This document shows, in pieces, positions 12,715 through 24,505 of a stretch of DNA of 64,000 nt. The stretch is from assembly GCF_006345805.1 (NCBI RefSeq), contig NC_043010.1:56854001-56918000 (forward strand), written 5' to 3'. Below the pieces are notes generated by a model. It saw nothing but the letters and a program-made list of their open reading frames with translations, made no database searches and was not told the origin of the DNA. The stretch is from Octopus sinensis (lineage: Eukaryota). Both the position numbers and the translations under genes were made by a program. Within the stretch, counting starts at the first letter, position 1, and the number at the start of each line of letters is the position of its first letter.

Positions 12715-13384
12715 GTATATATATGTATATGTTTGTGCGTGCGTGCGCGTGTGTGTATATATGTATGTTTGTGTGTGCGCATGTGCATGTGTGCATGCGC
12801 ACCACAATATCTCTTGTTAACATAATTTTGTTCCAGAATATATTCATAGCTTCTATAGGTAGGTAAGTGCAATGAAAAGTGTCAACTATGTACAAGTGTT
12901 ACTTCAACATATTGTTAAGTCACCTACTCTAATACATTGCTGACATTTTCTTTTTAATCCGTTTTTATGACAAAAAATGTTTTCAGTTTTGACTGTTTCA
13001 ATTGAAGATTTAGTGTTTTTTCTGCTGCTAGCTTCTTTCATTGACCATTGTTAGTGTAATTTAGCTGCCAGTTGGGTAACATAGATCACATTTTACTAAA
13101 GAGTAACTGTATTCCTACTTGCATTATATTACTTAAATAGTTTGCATGAGTGGACTATCAACTGGTTTCAGAGAGTGAGTTTATCAATGAATGTCTATAT
13201 CACGTTATCATTATAATGATAAAATGAGTGCGAACATTGCGCTTGGTGGAAGAAATTTTCTGTCTTTCAATTGTAAATTTATACTTCTTCTGTAATGAAT
13301 TTTAAAAAATGTGTAATATGTTATGACAGTGGACAGTTGTTTGAGTTAGTAGAATATAAAGGAAGGTGCGGTTGTAACAGATAT

Positions 13385-13599
13385 TGGTTTCAAATTTTAG
13401 CACAAGGTCAGCAGTTTTGGGGTAGGGGTAAGTTGATTACATTGACCTCAGTGTTCGACTGGTACTTATGTTATCGACTCCCAAAAATGAAAGGCTAAGT
13501 CAACCTCGGCAGCATTTGAACTAAGAACATACAATCAGAAGAAATGCCGCTAATCAGTTTTCATGGTGTGTTATAACAATTCTGCCAGCTCACCGCCTT
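13385..13599 (-). mobile_element. SINE family A (AAGGCGGTGAGCTGGCAGAA head, Deu/Nin-like core)
   Basis: Reverse-complement match to the 13622-13860 copy. The core GCCTTTCATCCTTTCGGGGTCGATAAATTAAGTACCAG resembles the Deu/Nin SINE domain. Confidence 0.85.
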
Positions 13600-13621
13600 A
13601 AGATGTAACAAATATTGAATA

Positions 13622-13860
13622 AAGGCGGTGAGCTGGCAGAAACTTTAGCACGCCGGGCAAAATTCTTAGCAGCATTTTGCCTGCCGTTACATTTTGAGTT
13701 CAAATTCCGCCGAGGTTGACTTTGCCTTTCATCCTTTCGGGGTCGATAAATTAAGTACCAGTCACGCATTGGGGTCGATATAATTGACTTAATTCATTTG
13801 TCTGTCCTTGTTTGTCCCTTCTGTGTTTAGCCCCTTGTAGGTAGTAAAGAAATAGGTATT
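13622..13860 (+). mobile_element. SINE family A, near full length
   Basis: Head, GAGTTCAAATTCCGCC B-box-like motif and Deu/Nin-like core. Resembles described octopus tRNA-derived SINEs; exact family name not confirmed. Confidence 0.9.
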
Positions 13861-14464
13861 AGTAGAAATATAAGTGAAGACAGAGAGATGAGGAGGAGAC
13901 TCTCTCCCCCACGTACATTAGAAAACTAAAAAAAGGAGACCAAAATCCAAAGAAACTTGATTTAAGTTATATTGATAAATGTAGAGTTAATAGTTTTGTT
14001 TCAGCAAAGAAAATCTGCTTTCACCAATTCAGTTGGTTCTTTGGAAACTAAAATATTTAAAATCTGTATATGAAGCAGAATTGTTTCAAAACATTTCTTT
14101 GTGCTTCAAATGTTGACCACAAATTTGATTTCTAACTATTGAAGTAATTTCTCCGCAAAATGACATCAAATGAATTAAATATAGACAGACTACATTACAT
14201 TGTAGGTGAAAGTCATGATTTAGCTTTGTGACCATTTACCAATATTTAAATATACACAATTACTAATAATTACTAATAAATGAAAAAGCAGAAAATTGAT
14301 TAGAACAAATTTAAAATATCTATAAATAAATAAAATAAACAAACAAATCCTGCAATCTGTGAATGAAGCTTTTGCAGATATTCCCTTTGACATATGTAAG
14401 CATTCACATGCGTTTAACTGTACACATATACCAGACACCTGTAGAAGCATATTATGTGTCTAAA

Positions 14465-14810
14465 TCATCATTTAACGTCTGCTTTCCATGCTGACATGGG
14501 GAGCTGCCCAGGTTCCAGTTGTCTATTTTGGCATGATTTCTATAGCTGGATGCCCTTCCTAATGGCAACCACTTCACAGAGTGTACTGGGTGCTTTTTAC
14601 ATGACACTGACACAAACACTATTATGTGGCACGGGCATTTTTATGTGGCACAGGGACCTTTATGTGACACCAGCATCAGTGCTTTTACATGGCACTGGCA
14701 TAGGTGCTTTTATGTAGAACTGGCACGGACACTTTTATGTGGCACTGGCACAAGTGCTTTTGTGCGAAACTGGCATGGACACTTTTATGTGACACCAGCA
14801 CCTCAAGGGG
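14465..14810 (-). mobile_element. RTE-tail-related short repeat with internal ~23-bp minisatellite
   Basis: CATCATTTAACGTCTGCTTTCCATGCTG tail, GGATGCCCTTCCTAATGGCAACCAC, then about nine TTTTATGTGGCACTGGCAC-like units. Confidence 0.75.
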
Positions 14811-14869
14811 AGAACCTCTTAGCCATACATATCTGTATGTATGGGTGGTCACTGTTTTACTTAGCTTGA

Positions 14870-15900
14870 TGTGTTCTCTTACGCAGAGCAAACATCCAGA
14901 AGTTTTGGTCCCTTGTCATCTCTGTGAAGCCCAGCATCTGGAGATCCTTTCTCACTACTTCATCTCATGTCTTCCTTAGTCTACCTCTTCCACAAGTTCT
15001 CTTCACAATTAGATTGGCACTTCCTTATGCAGCTGTCCTCATCCATATGCATCACATGACCAAACCAATGCTGTTTTCTGTCTTGCACATCACAGCTGAT
15101 GCCTCTTATACCCAATTTTACCCTTAAATCATTTACACTTGGCTGTACATGCACACTGATATTTCTCATCCAGTGGAGCTTGCTGGTTTCATTTCTTTCA
15201 AGACTTAGCATGTCCTCTGTAGTTATAGCCCATGTTTCACTGCCATATAGCATAGCTGTACATGCACAGGTATTATACAATCTGCCCTTCACTCTTTGGG
15301 AGAGGTCCTTTGTTACCAACAAAGACAGTAGCTCTCTGAATTTTGCTCCCCTGTTCTTATTCTACCAACTATGCTTTCAGAACTTCCCCTTCCACTGCTC
15401 ATTTGGTCACCTAGGTAATGAAAGCTACCAACTGCTTCTAAGCCCCCTCCTCTTATTTGAGGAAGTCTATTCTCTGTACATTCTTAGTGTTTATTGTATC
15501 TGCACCTATGGTATATACAAAGATTACTTTTCTGTTAGCCTTCCTGTGATACAGCTGCACCTCTTATGTGTCCATAACTTACACTGGGTACACTGTATGA
15601 AGTCTCTACCAATACCTTTCCTGCATATCAAACAGGGCCATCACTCTGAACGGATTTGAGACTTGTCCATTTTCCTACGTATTAGGACTTTGGTCTTAGC
15701 TGAAATAACTCTTAAGGACCTTGGATTCCAGACCTTGCTTCCACACCTGAAATTTCCTCTGTAGTTCAGGTAATGATTCAGCTCTCAGAACAAGTTCATC
15801 AGCGTAGAGGAGCTCCGAAGGGAAGCCAGTCTTGAATTCTTCTGTTATGGCCTGGAGGGCTATGATAAACATAGAGGCCGGAGATCTGGTCCTTGGTGAA
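14870..15900 (-). mobile_element. RTE LINE 3' fragment
   Basis: ALQAITEEFKTGFPSELLYADELVLRA (~15865-15780). ORF 14981..15322 gives KGRLYNTCACTAMLYGSETWA...HWFGHVMHMDEDSCIRKC. Confidence 0.9.
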
Positions 15901-16198
15901 CTCCTATTTCTACACTAAATTTATGACTGTAGTCATTAATGACCTTTACCTTACTGACAGCATCCTTATATGTGGCTTGTATCGCTTTCACCATCCACTC
16001 ATCTATCCCTAAATGGGTATGTAAATCTGTCTGTCTGTTTGCTGCCTATCTATCCATCCATCCATCTATCTATGCACTCATACCCATCTACCCATGTACA
16101 TGCTTTAAACACATCTATGTATACACTACTTCCACCTCTACACACATGTATGTGCTTGTATGTATATATAAATATGAATGTGTGTGTCTGTGTGTGCA

Positions 16199-16273
<75 letters not shown>

Positions 16274-16359
16274 TTCATTTTTGTATTTGGTTTGCAAGAT
16301 TCCTTATGTGAATTTGTGTGTTGAAACAGATTTTGTCGTGTCTGGGGAAAGCACTGTGA

Positions 16360-16565
16360 TGGCCACATAAAAAGCAGTGGTACTGGTGCCACATAAAAAG
16401 CAGCCAGTACACTTTGTAAAATGGTTGGCATTAGGAAGGACACCCAGCTGTAGAAACCATGCTGAAACAGACGATGGAACCTGGTGCTGCTCCCAGCCAT
16501 GCCAGCTCCTGTCAAACTATGCTAGCATGGAAAACTGATGTTAAATGATGATGGCAACGATGATT
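16360..16565 (+). mobile_element. RTE-tail-related short repeat
   Basis: GCCACATAAAAAGCA x2, GGTTGGCATTAGGAAGGACACCCAGCTG, GCATGGAAAACTGATGTTAAATGATGATG tail. Confidence 0.75.
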
Positions 16566-16568
16566 ATG

Positions 16569-16599
<31 letters not shown>

Positions 16600-16956
16600 A
16601 TAGCACAAACACATGTTATGAGTAAGACTGAAAATAACGTGCAAATACAAACCTACACACAATGCATTCACACATTCATGTTATGCCTATACACTCATCT
16701 TGCTCGCCCATATATGTTTGGTTCATAATGCACAGAGTATATCTATGCATGTCTACATGCAGACATATTTTTGACACATTTGTCTCTCTTGTTACTATTT
16801 TATATATGAATCCTTGTTCCTTTTGAGTCACTTCTGGTCACTCAACTTCCGCCATCTGAAACATGATCTCTTACAGAACCACACACATTTTTTTCTTTAT
16901 TCCTATTGTCTTTCCTTCCTTTAAGCTTTCACTTTCTTCTAGTTATTGAACTTTCT

Positions 16957-17116
16957 GCAGGAGTGGCTGCGTGATAAGTAGCTTGCTTACCAACGACATG
17001 GTTCCGGGTTCAGTCCCACTGTGTGACACCTTGCACAAGTGTCTTCTACTATAGCCTCAGGCTGACCAAAGCTTTGTGAGTGGATTTGGTAGACAGAAAC
17101 TGAAAGAAGCCCATCA

Positions 17117-17154
<38 letters not shown>

Positions 17155-17377
17155 AGTAAATATATGTGTGTCTGTGGTTGTTCCCCCCCCCATCACCATC
17201 AGTGACAACTGATGTTGGTGTATTTACGTCCCTGTAACTTAGAGGTTCAGCAAGAGAGGCCAATAGATTAAGTTCTAGGCTTACAAAGAATGAGTCCTGG
17301 AGTTGATTAATGTGACTAATGGCAGTACTCCAGCATGGCCGCAGTCAGATGATTGAAACAAATAAAAGAGTAAAAAG
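16957..17377 (+). mobile_element. SINE family B (tRNA-like head, internal TA tract)
   Basis: GCAGGAGTGGCTGCGTGATAAG...GGGTTCAGTCCC head and GCATGGCCGCAGTCA...GAAACAAATAAAAGAG tail. Colinear with 36903-37287. Confidence 0.85.
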
Positions 17378-17570
17378 TAAATGTTAAAGACACTTTCATT
17401 TTTTAAAATCTTTCTGTACTAAACTAATAATACGCTTTGTTTCATATTGTCTTCTGTGTTATGAGTGCATCTGTGTGTGTGTGTGTGTGTGTGCATATAT
17501 ATACATATATGGAAATATAGAAATATGTATCTGTATGTATGTAAGAAATTGAGATCACAAAGGAATAAGT

Positions 17571-17709
17571 AATTATCTGATGAACTTCACTGGCTTACAA
17601 CTGTTTGGGCTGTTGAGTGCCTGATTATCCTCTTATACTCAGCCGTCAGTCCACTGCATCTTATAGCAGCAGAAACAGTTGTAAGCTAATTGAAGTTCAT
17701 CAGATAATT
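17571..17709. repeat. Foldback with ~36-bp outer stem and two internal hairpins
   Basis: AATTATCTGATGAACTTCA-ctg-GCTTACAACTGTTT pairs with AAACAGTTGTAAGC-taat-TGAAGTTCATCAGATAATT. Inner pairings GGGCTG/CAGTCC, TGAGT/ACTCA and CTGC/GCAG. Confidence 0.85.
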
Positions 17710-17884
17710 GTTTACTCGTTTATCGTACCAGTTTCTTTTTACTGTTCTCTACCTGACTAATGCTTTGTTCTGAAGAATATGTATATTGAGTTCTAACACT
17801 GGGTTGGATGGATGCATGCATGCATACACATATTTTAGTATGTCTATCAATATTGAAATTACTGGAGATGCCATTAAATATTAC

Positions 17885-17929
17885 CTGGGAGCCAAGCCTA
17901 TGTGTTCTTTAATGAAGTTGCCTGATCTG
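17885..17929 (-). other. Candidate 45-nt exon
   Basis: ctattgtttttag|CAGATC...CTCCCAG|gtaata. Open in phase 2 (RSGNFIKEHIGLAP). Confidence 0.2.
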
Positions 17930-18118
17930 CTAAAAACAATAGCCAATTTTCATCAAATTACACCCTACTGTCATAAAAATATGAGCATGATGTATTAGAT
18001 TCAGTAGGCCTTAAAAATATCTACTTGCTTAAGACTGGATTGCTTTTGATCATAGATATAATTGATTAAGGCTGACCTGGGGTTGAGCAACTGCAGGGAT
18101 CTGTTTTATGGGATTGTT

Positions 18119-18219
<101 letters not shown>

Positions 18220-18567
18220 ATCTGAGTATGTTGGTGTTATTGTATGTTATGCATTGGTGTTTATGTGGGTAGTGTGTGTGAGAGAGAGATAAACAAAGTG
18301 TAATGTATAAAAATACACATGATATTAATAGTTTTCACAATTGCTACTACTGTTGTTTCCACTTCTGCCCTTCACCCCATCACTTCTACTATTGCTGTGT
18401 AGTAATGGATGTTGTTAAAAATGTGAAGCATGAATGAGAAAACCTGTTTAATTGAACATGTAAGAAGTTTAAATGTGGTGTATTTAATAACTGAGACTTT
18501 GTAGAATGGAGCAGATTGTGACAGGTGTGAGTTTGTGGTGATTGGGAGATGCTGAAACTTGCAAATA

Positions 18568-18773
18568 CAGTGATCCATCACCAGATCACGATCCACCTGT
18601 TGTGCACTCAATACATCGCAAGTTTTTCTGGTTAATATATGTAAATTTATATTGCAAAATCCTCAGTATATCATAGGTTTCTGAGGCTGATAGGTATTTA
18701 TATTTTTTTAGATTTTAATTATTTCTGTGAGAGGTTTTGAAATGTAACGCCCACGATAATCGAGGGATTACTG
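18568..18773. mobile_element. pogo/Tigger-like MITE
   Basis: TA-CAGTGATCCATC ... GAGGGATTACTG-TA: 10/12 TIR match and TA target duplication. Confidence 0.55.
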
Positions 18774-19141
18774 TATTCAAATTCTGTATTTGCTGCTTGG
18801 ATAAACAAGGCCCCAAAAATTCTATTTTCTTCCAGATTATCAATGATCTGAAATGTTTCTTTTAATAACTATTATTTTAGAATGATCTTTAGTAGTAGCC
18901 AAACCTGGATTAGAGTCCATTTGATGGCATTCATGCTGTTGTCTGACCAAAACATAGGGTCAGTTGTGAGGATATTTATAATTTTTTATGTTGAGATGAA
19001 ATGTTAGGAGTTGGGGGAAGATGAAAGATTTGCAGAGTAGCAACAGAAGAATAAAGAAAAAGGTCTAATATGAATAAAGTTCAGAAATCTATAGAACTCA
19101 ACAAGAGTTTTATTGTCTTTTTAATCTCACTATCAACTATA

Positions 19142-19498
19142 TTTGAAATTTGGTACAAGGTCAAATACATTGACTCTATGTATGAAAAGCAAAATTGACC
19201 TTGGTGGGAGTTGAACTCAGAATTTGAAGTGTCAAGAACTTTTTGTTTGATGTTAATGATTCTGCTAGCTTGTTGCCTTAATAATCCTTTCTGCTAAAGG
19301 CACAAAGCCTGAAATTTGGGGGAGGGTGTAAGTCAGTGACATTGACCCCAGTGTTCAGCTGGTACTTATTTTATCAACTCTGAAAGGATGAAGGGCAAAG
19401 TCAACCCTGGCGGAATTTGAACTCAGAAAATAAAGACAGGTGAAATGCCGCTAAGCATTTTACCTGGCATGCTAACGATTCTGTCAGCTTGTCACTTT
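19142..19498 (-). mobile_element. Two tandem SINE family A copies (19142-19279 degraded, 19285-19498)
   Basis: Both contain reverse-complement core and head motifs (GGCAAAGTCAACC...TTTGAACTCAGAA...). Confidence 0.8.
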
Positions 19499-19519
19499 AA
19501 TAATGATGATGATGATGAT

Positions 19520-20420
19520 TAATTCTGGTTTTATTGGCCACAAGGGCTAACATAAAGGAAAAACACAGGAAGAAAAGTACAAAGGGTTTTGCGAAAAAGA
19601 AAGGTCCGTGTAAACATTAAAATAACAGTGAAAAATATAACAGTTAGAAAGAACTCCCATTAGGGAGAGGTGCTTTGAAAGGTTACTTGTGGAAAAACCT
19701 ATAAAAGTCATGGGAGCCTGGTCAAAAAGGAGTAGAGAACTCCTTCTCCTTTTACATTAATTTTTTGTTTTTTACAGGTGTAACCTCAGAATTGGTCCGT
19801 TCATACTGGCGATTTTACTGACATTCACCCACCTTTCAATAAATTTGTTATGAGACAGCACTTCCCTCTCTACTCTCATCTTCCTTTTCGAGTGTAACTT
19901 GAAAAAGTTGATGAGGCCTTGGCCAAAGAGGAAAGTGTCTGACTTTAGCCCTTTCAAACGGGTCCACCATACCACCACTTTCACTACAGCCACTAGACCA
20001 AGGAAAATTGCCTTGCCCTCCCAGTTAAAGGAGGTCGGCGGGGCAATCTTCACTATGGATTCAGCTGATAGCTGGATCCGTCCTACACGCAACAGTAGCT
20101 GTTTGACATAAACCCACAGGTCAGCAATACTTGGGCAATGGACTAGGGCATGCAGAACGGTTTCCTTGCCCTGAGCGCACCTTGGGCAGGCCTGGCTGAC
20201 AGTACTTCCGTGCCAGTAGAGTTTATCTGGAACAGGCAGCGCTCCTCAGTAGCACTGCCAGGTGAGGGACCTTTGGAAGTTATCCATGGGCCCCCAGCCC
20301 GAAAGTTCTTCCAAACAGACTGTTTAACTGATTATTGTCGATGCCTATAGTTTCCCGAGAACGTCATCACACTTTCTTCCACTGACCCTCCATAGAACGC
20401 TAGAGTGGAACTGCTACCAA
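19520..20420 (-). mobile_element. Tx1/L1-clade LINE 3' end, 5'-truncated
   Basis: CPRCAQGKETVLHALVHC zinc knuckle (C-x2-C-x8-H-x4-C, 20188-20135) is in frame with ORF 19772..20092. A 3' UTR follows with AATAAA and an (ATC)n tail near 19535-19500. Confidence 0.8.
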
Positions 20421-20793
20421 TCGCAAATAATAATAATAAATCGTCTTCAAAGCTGATTTGTCACTGTGGTTGGAATGTTAATTTGTTAGCAGTCTCTATG
20501 AACTTGTATCTCTTGTTTACCATTTAAATAACATTGACTTATTGTTAAGAAAGTCCAGTTCTGATAATCATTTTTTGCAAAGTCTAGTGACTTAATAGAA
20601 CTGCTTTGATCTGGATTAAACTGTTGAGACAAAGGATTGGTTATTAGATTTTAACAAATTACTTTCTTCAAATAAAGATCAGAAGAAGGAAAATGTTTTA
20701 ATATAATGTTGTCTGTTTTTATTCTGGTATTTAATAGTGACATAACACTGATACAACAATAAACACTTCATGTCTCTAATCTTAACAACTTAC

Positions 20794-20838
20794 TGCCATT
20801 CAGGCTTGATCAATAGGATTGCCTTTTGGTTGATCACA
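20794..20838 (-). other. Candidate 45-nt exon
   Basis: ctaac branch-like motif, then ctatctatttgtctag|TGTGATC...GAATGGCA|gtaagt. Open only in phase 2 (VINQKAILLIKPEW). Confidence 0.25.
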
Positions 20839-22266
20839 CTAGACAAATAGATAGATATATAGTTAGATAGATGACAATCAGCTCTCAATGCCATAGTGAA
20901 TAACATTTCTTCTCTAATTTCATTCATAAGTAATTCTAGAAGAGTGGAGCAAACAATGAATTTTGATATGAAACTGTGAGGATTAGTTAGGATTAGGATT
21001 TAAGGGTGATTGAGCTGAGAAAGTAGCATTGAGTTGACTGGAAAGGAATGATATGAACTTGTTAACATGGTCATTGATTATCATAGATGGCGCAAGAGGC
21101 TGGAAGGGAAATAATCAGGCAAAATCTAAGGAACTCCTCCCCCTCCAATTCACCATGAAAAAACTGTGGTAGTATGGAGTTGTTATTTAATTAACACAAA
21201 CAGAATTACTGACAGAAGGGAAGGAAATATACAAGAGTGACCTCTTTACAGAGTAATCTTTAGATTAGGTTAATCTAGCACATGTGTGTGTGTGTGAGAG
21301 AGAGAGAGATTGTATAGGGGAAATATAAACAATTACCCATAGTTCAAGCATAAAACAAGTTTTGTTGTTAATCGAGTGCTTATGCATGGTTGTTAGTACT
21401 GTACTGTGGTAGATGGTTTTATAGAGGACTTCCCGTATCCAGTGGCCTAACAGTGAGGTGCTATACAATATTCTAAACCAAGTTGTTTTAGAATATTGTG
21501 TCACCTTATAATGAAACTAAGATGTGTTGGCTGCAACATGTGTAAGATAGAAAAAAGATTGTATAAAATATATTTAAAATAGGTAGTGATTGGAAAGTGA
21601 AGGCGAGGAGATTGACCTAAACCAGCATACTTGGATGATTGAGCTGGAAAGGGTTAGACTTTGGCCGGTGGGTGAGGGAACTTCTTGATGTGCTGAGCAG
21701 ACTGAGAGGGATAAAAAAAAGATCATTGTGATCTTAAATCTGATCAAACACAAAAGCAAATAATAATGATGATGGATGCAGCAGTGGCAATTTCCTTTAT
21801 GAGCCTCAAGATGTTGGGTGGAGGGAACATTACAAAGACAGATTGCATAAAAGTGTGGTTGGTTTACACAAAACTCAAATGAGATAAAAACTATACAAAT
21901 AAGTAATGATGGTACAGTCCTCCTGATGCAGAAGGACCTCTAATTAGGGCCCATAGTGGAACCCTACCGATCCAGGATCAACCTGCCATCAAAGGCAAGG
22001 GACTGTCATTTGCCAAACTACAAGTGCATGCTTAGAGTGGAAGCATTCACTCTAACCACTTTTCTCTATTCTCACTCAACTTTTAACAAATTTACTAAAG
22101 AACTCCTTCCTCTTCACCTCCATCTTCCTTTTTATGTGGTATTTTAGTAAGTTCAAAAAAAAAAAAAGCTTCACTGAAGAGGAAAATTTGACTTTAGTCT
22201 TGTCAGCCTCATCCACCTCAACCTCTTTCATCAGAGGGAAATGGCTTACCCTTCCTAATGAAAGGC

Positions 22267-22301
<35 letters not shown>

Positions 22302-22302
<1 letters not shown>

Positions 22303-22515
22303 CCTTTTTACTATAGGCACAAGACCTGAAATTTTGGGGAAGGGGACTAGTTGATTACATTGACCCCTGTGTTTCACTGCTACTTAATTTAGCAACCCTG
22401 AAAGGATGACAGGCAAAGTTGACCTCGGCAGAATTTGAACTCAGAATGTAGTGACGGGTGAAATACTGCTCAGTATTTCACTTGGCATGCTAATGACTCT
22501 GCAGCTCACCACCTT
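22302..22515 (-). mobile_element. SINE family A
   Basis: Reverse-complement match to 13622-13860. Confidence 0.85.
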
Positions 22516-22582
22516 TATAATAATAATAGTTTTGGCACAAAGTCAGCAATTTTAGGAAGAGAGGAGTAATTGATTACATTGA

Positions 22583-22675
22583 CTACTACTACTACTACTA
22601 CTACTAACTACTACTACTACTACTACCACCACCACCACCACCACCACCACCACCACCACCACCACCACCACCACC

Positions 22676-22760
<85 letters not shown>
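22583..22760. repeat. Compound trinucleotide microsatellite (TAC)n(CAC)n(TAC)n(TAA)n
   Basis: Seen directly in sequence. Confidence 0.95.
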
Positions 22761-22762
<2 letters not shown>

Positions 22763-23156
22763 AGTAATAATGATGATACTGATATTAATTATAAGAGTAA
22801 TTAGATAGTGACAATCAGATTTAATGGTAAGTAGCATTTGAGCAATAAAAGTTATAATCAGAGGCATAACTGTGAAGTTCTGTTATATTCACACCTGAGT
22901 TCACACCAACTTGTACACTTATTGTTCTGTGGTAACTTTATTTACAGATTACACAGATTACCATGGCTACTCTTTAATTCTTACCCAATGTCATTTATCT
23001 CTAATTCCCTGTTTTAGCAGTTGTATCTAGCTCTGTTCAATAGGGCCTACTTATTTCATTCAAGAGGATACGATTGCCATAGAAAAAGAGATGCTGAGAT
23101 CACATAGTTGACAAACTAGGATGAAGCCATCTGTTGTATTATATTAATAATAATAA

Positions 23157-23374
23157 CGGTTTCAAATTTTTCCATAAGTGTAGCCATTTCTTGTGGGGAG
23201 GAGTTGACTCAATTACATTGACCCCCATTGTTTCACTGGTACTTAATTTGTTGACCTCAAAAGGATAAAAGACAAAGTTGACCTAGGTGTAATTTGAACT
23301 CAGAATTTAGCAGCAGACAAAATACCACTAAGTGTTTTGCCTAACATGCTAACAATTCTGCCAGCTCACCACCT
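23157..23374 (-). mobile_element. SINE family A
   Basis: Reverse-complement match to family core and head. Confidence 0.85.
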
Positions 23375-23389
23375 GAATAAATAAAAAAA

Positions 23390-23421
<32 letters not shown>

Positions 23422-23442
23422 TTAATAATGATGATGATGATG

Positions 23443-23655
23443 ATTGTTTAAAATTTTGCCACAAGGGCAGCAATTTTGGGGGAGGGGATGAGTTAATTAC
23501 ATCGACCCTAGCGTTCAACTGGTAATTATTTTATTAACCCTGAAGGGATGAAAGGTAAAGTTGACCTCAGTGGAATTTGAACTCAGCATGTAGCAACAGG
23601 CAAAATACCGCTAAGCATTTCGTCTGGTGTACTAACGATTCTGGTAGCTTGCTGA
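23443..23655 (-). mobile_element. SINE family A
   Basis: Reverse-complement match to family core and head. Confidence 0.85.
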
Positions 23656-24060
23656 TGCCCTTTCTAGCACTAACCACTCTGCAGAGTGGATTCAGTGCTT
23701 TTTACATGGCACCAGTAGAGGCAAGGTTGGTTTTGGCATGAATTTTACAGCTGGATGCCCTTCCAAAACACCAACCACACTACAGTGTGGTGGACTGGAT
23801 ACTTTTAACATGGCACCTGCTCTGGCAGAGTAACCATGTAACTCACAAGACAAGGAATTATGAGAGGGGCAGGGCCATTTGAGGAAGAGTGCTTGTGTCA
23901 GAGGAGGAAAAGTTAGAGTGTGATAGAGAGACAGAAGCAGGTGTCTTGCCACAACAGAGGGGGCATTAGAGGAGGTGATCCAGTGTCAGATGCTGAAAGG
24001 TTAGAGGGAGAAGTAGGTGTCTGGCTATGGAGGAAGTACATGGTTACTCAGTGAGTGAGG
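23655..24060 (-). mobile_element. RTE-tail-related short repeat
   Basis: GTGCTTTTTACATGGCACCAG and TTTTACAGCTGGATGCCCTTCC match 14540-14600. Confidence 0.65.
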
Positions 24061-24074
24061 GAGAGGGATGCACA

Positions 24075-24505
24075 TATCATCAGTCACTAAGGGACATGTT
24101 CAACTGGTTAAAGTCAAGCAACTGTTGAGCAAATTTGTGGTACAAAGCTGTAGCCCATTCTTTACACTGTTGTGGCAAGAATCATTGACTCCCCTGGTGG
24201 ACTGAAGAGTGAAGTAGCCGAACTCTTATAAAGAATAGAGGTCGGTAGTAGTCTGCAGTGCAAGTTTAATCAATGTGTTCACATGACATACTTCGCGAGG
24301 CTATCTAAACACTCTCTCCACTACTGGCCGACTACTACCGACCTTTACTCTTTGTAAGAGTTCGGCTAGTCCATTCTTCAGTCCACCAGGGGTGTCAATG
24401 ACTCTTGCCACAACATACACCAAGGCAAAACATGTACATGATAACGCTTCCAATCAGTTAAGATCAGAAGCCATGAGAGCCACAGCCTGGTACTGCATCA
24501 AGACA
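24075..24505. repeat. Unclassified interspersed repeat, interrupted by the 24168-24415 insertion
   Basis: AAGGGACATGTTCAACTGGTTAA and CAGTTAAGATCAGAAGCCATGAGAG are colinear with 25325-25495. Confidence 0.75.
24168..24415. mobile_element. Non-autonomous DNA transposon, TGT...ACA termini, 86-bp TIRs, 5-bp TSD (Ginger-like)
   Basis: TIRs at 24168-24253 and 24330-24415. TSD TACAC at 24163-24167 and 24416-24420. Superfamily is inferred from termini and TSD length. Confidence 0.8.

Noticed and set aside
22604-22867. Poly-Ile/Ser/Gly ORF
   Set aside because: Reverse translation of the compound trinucleotide microsatellite.
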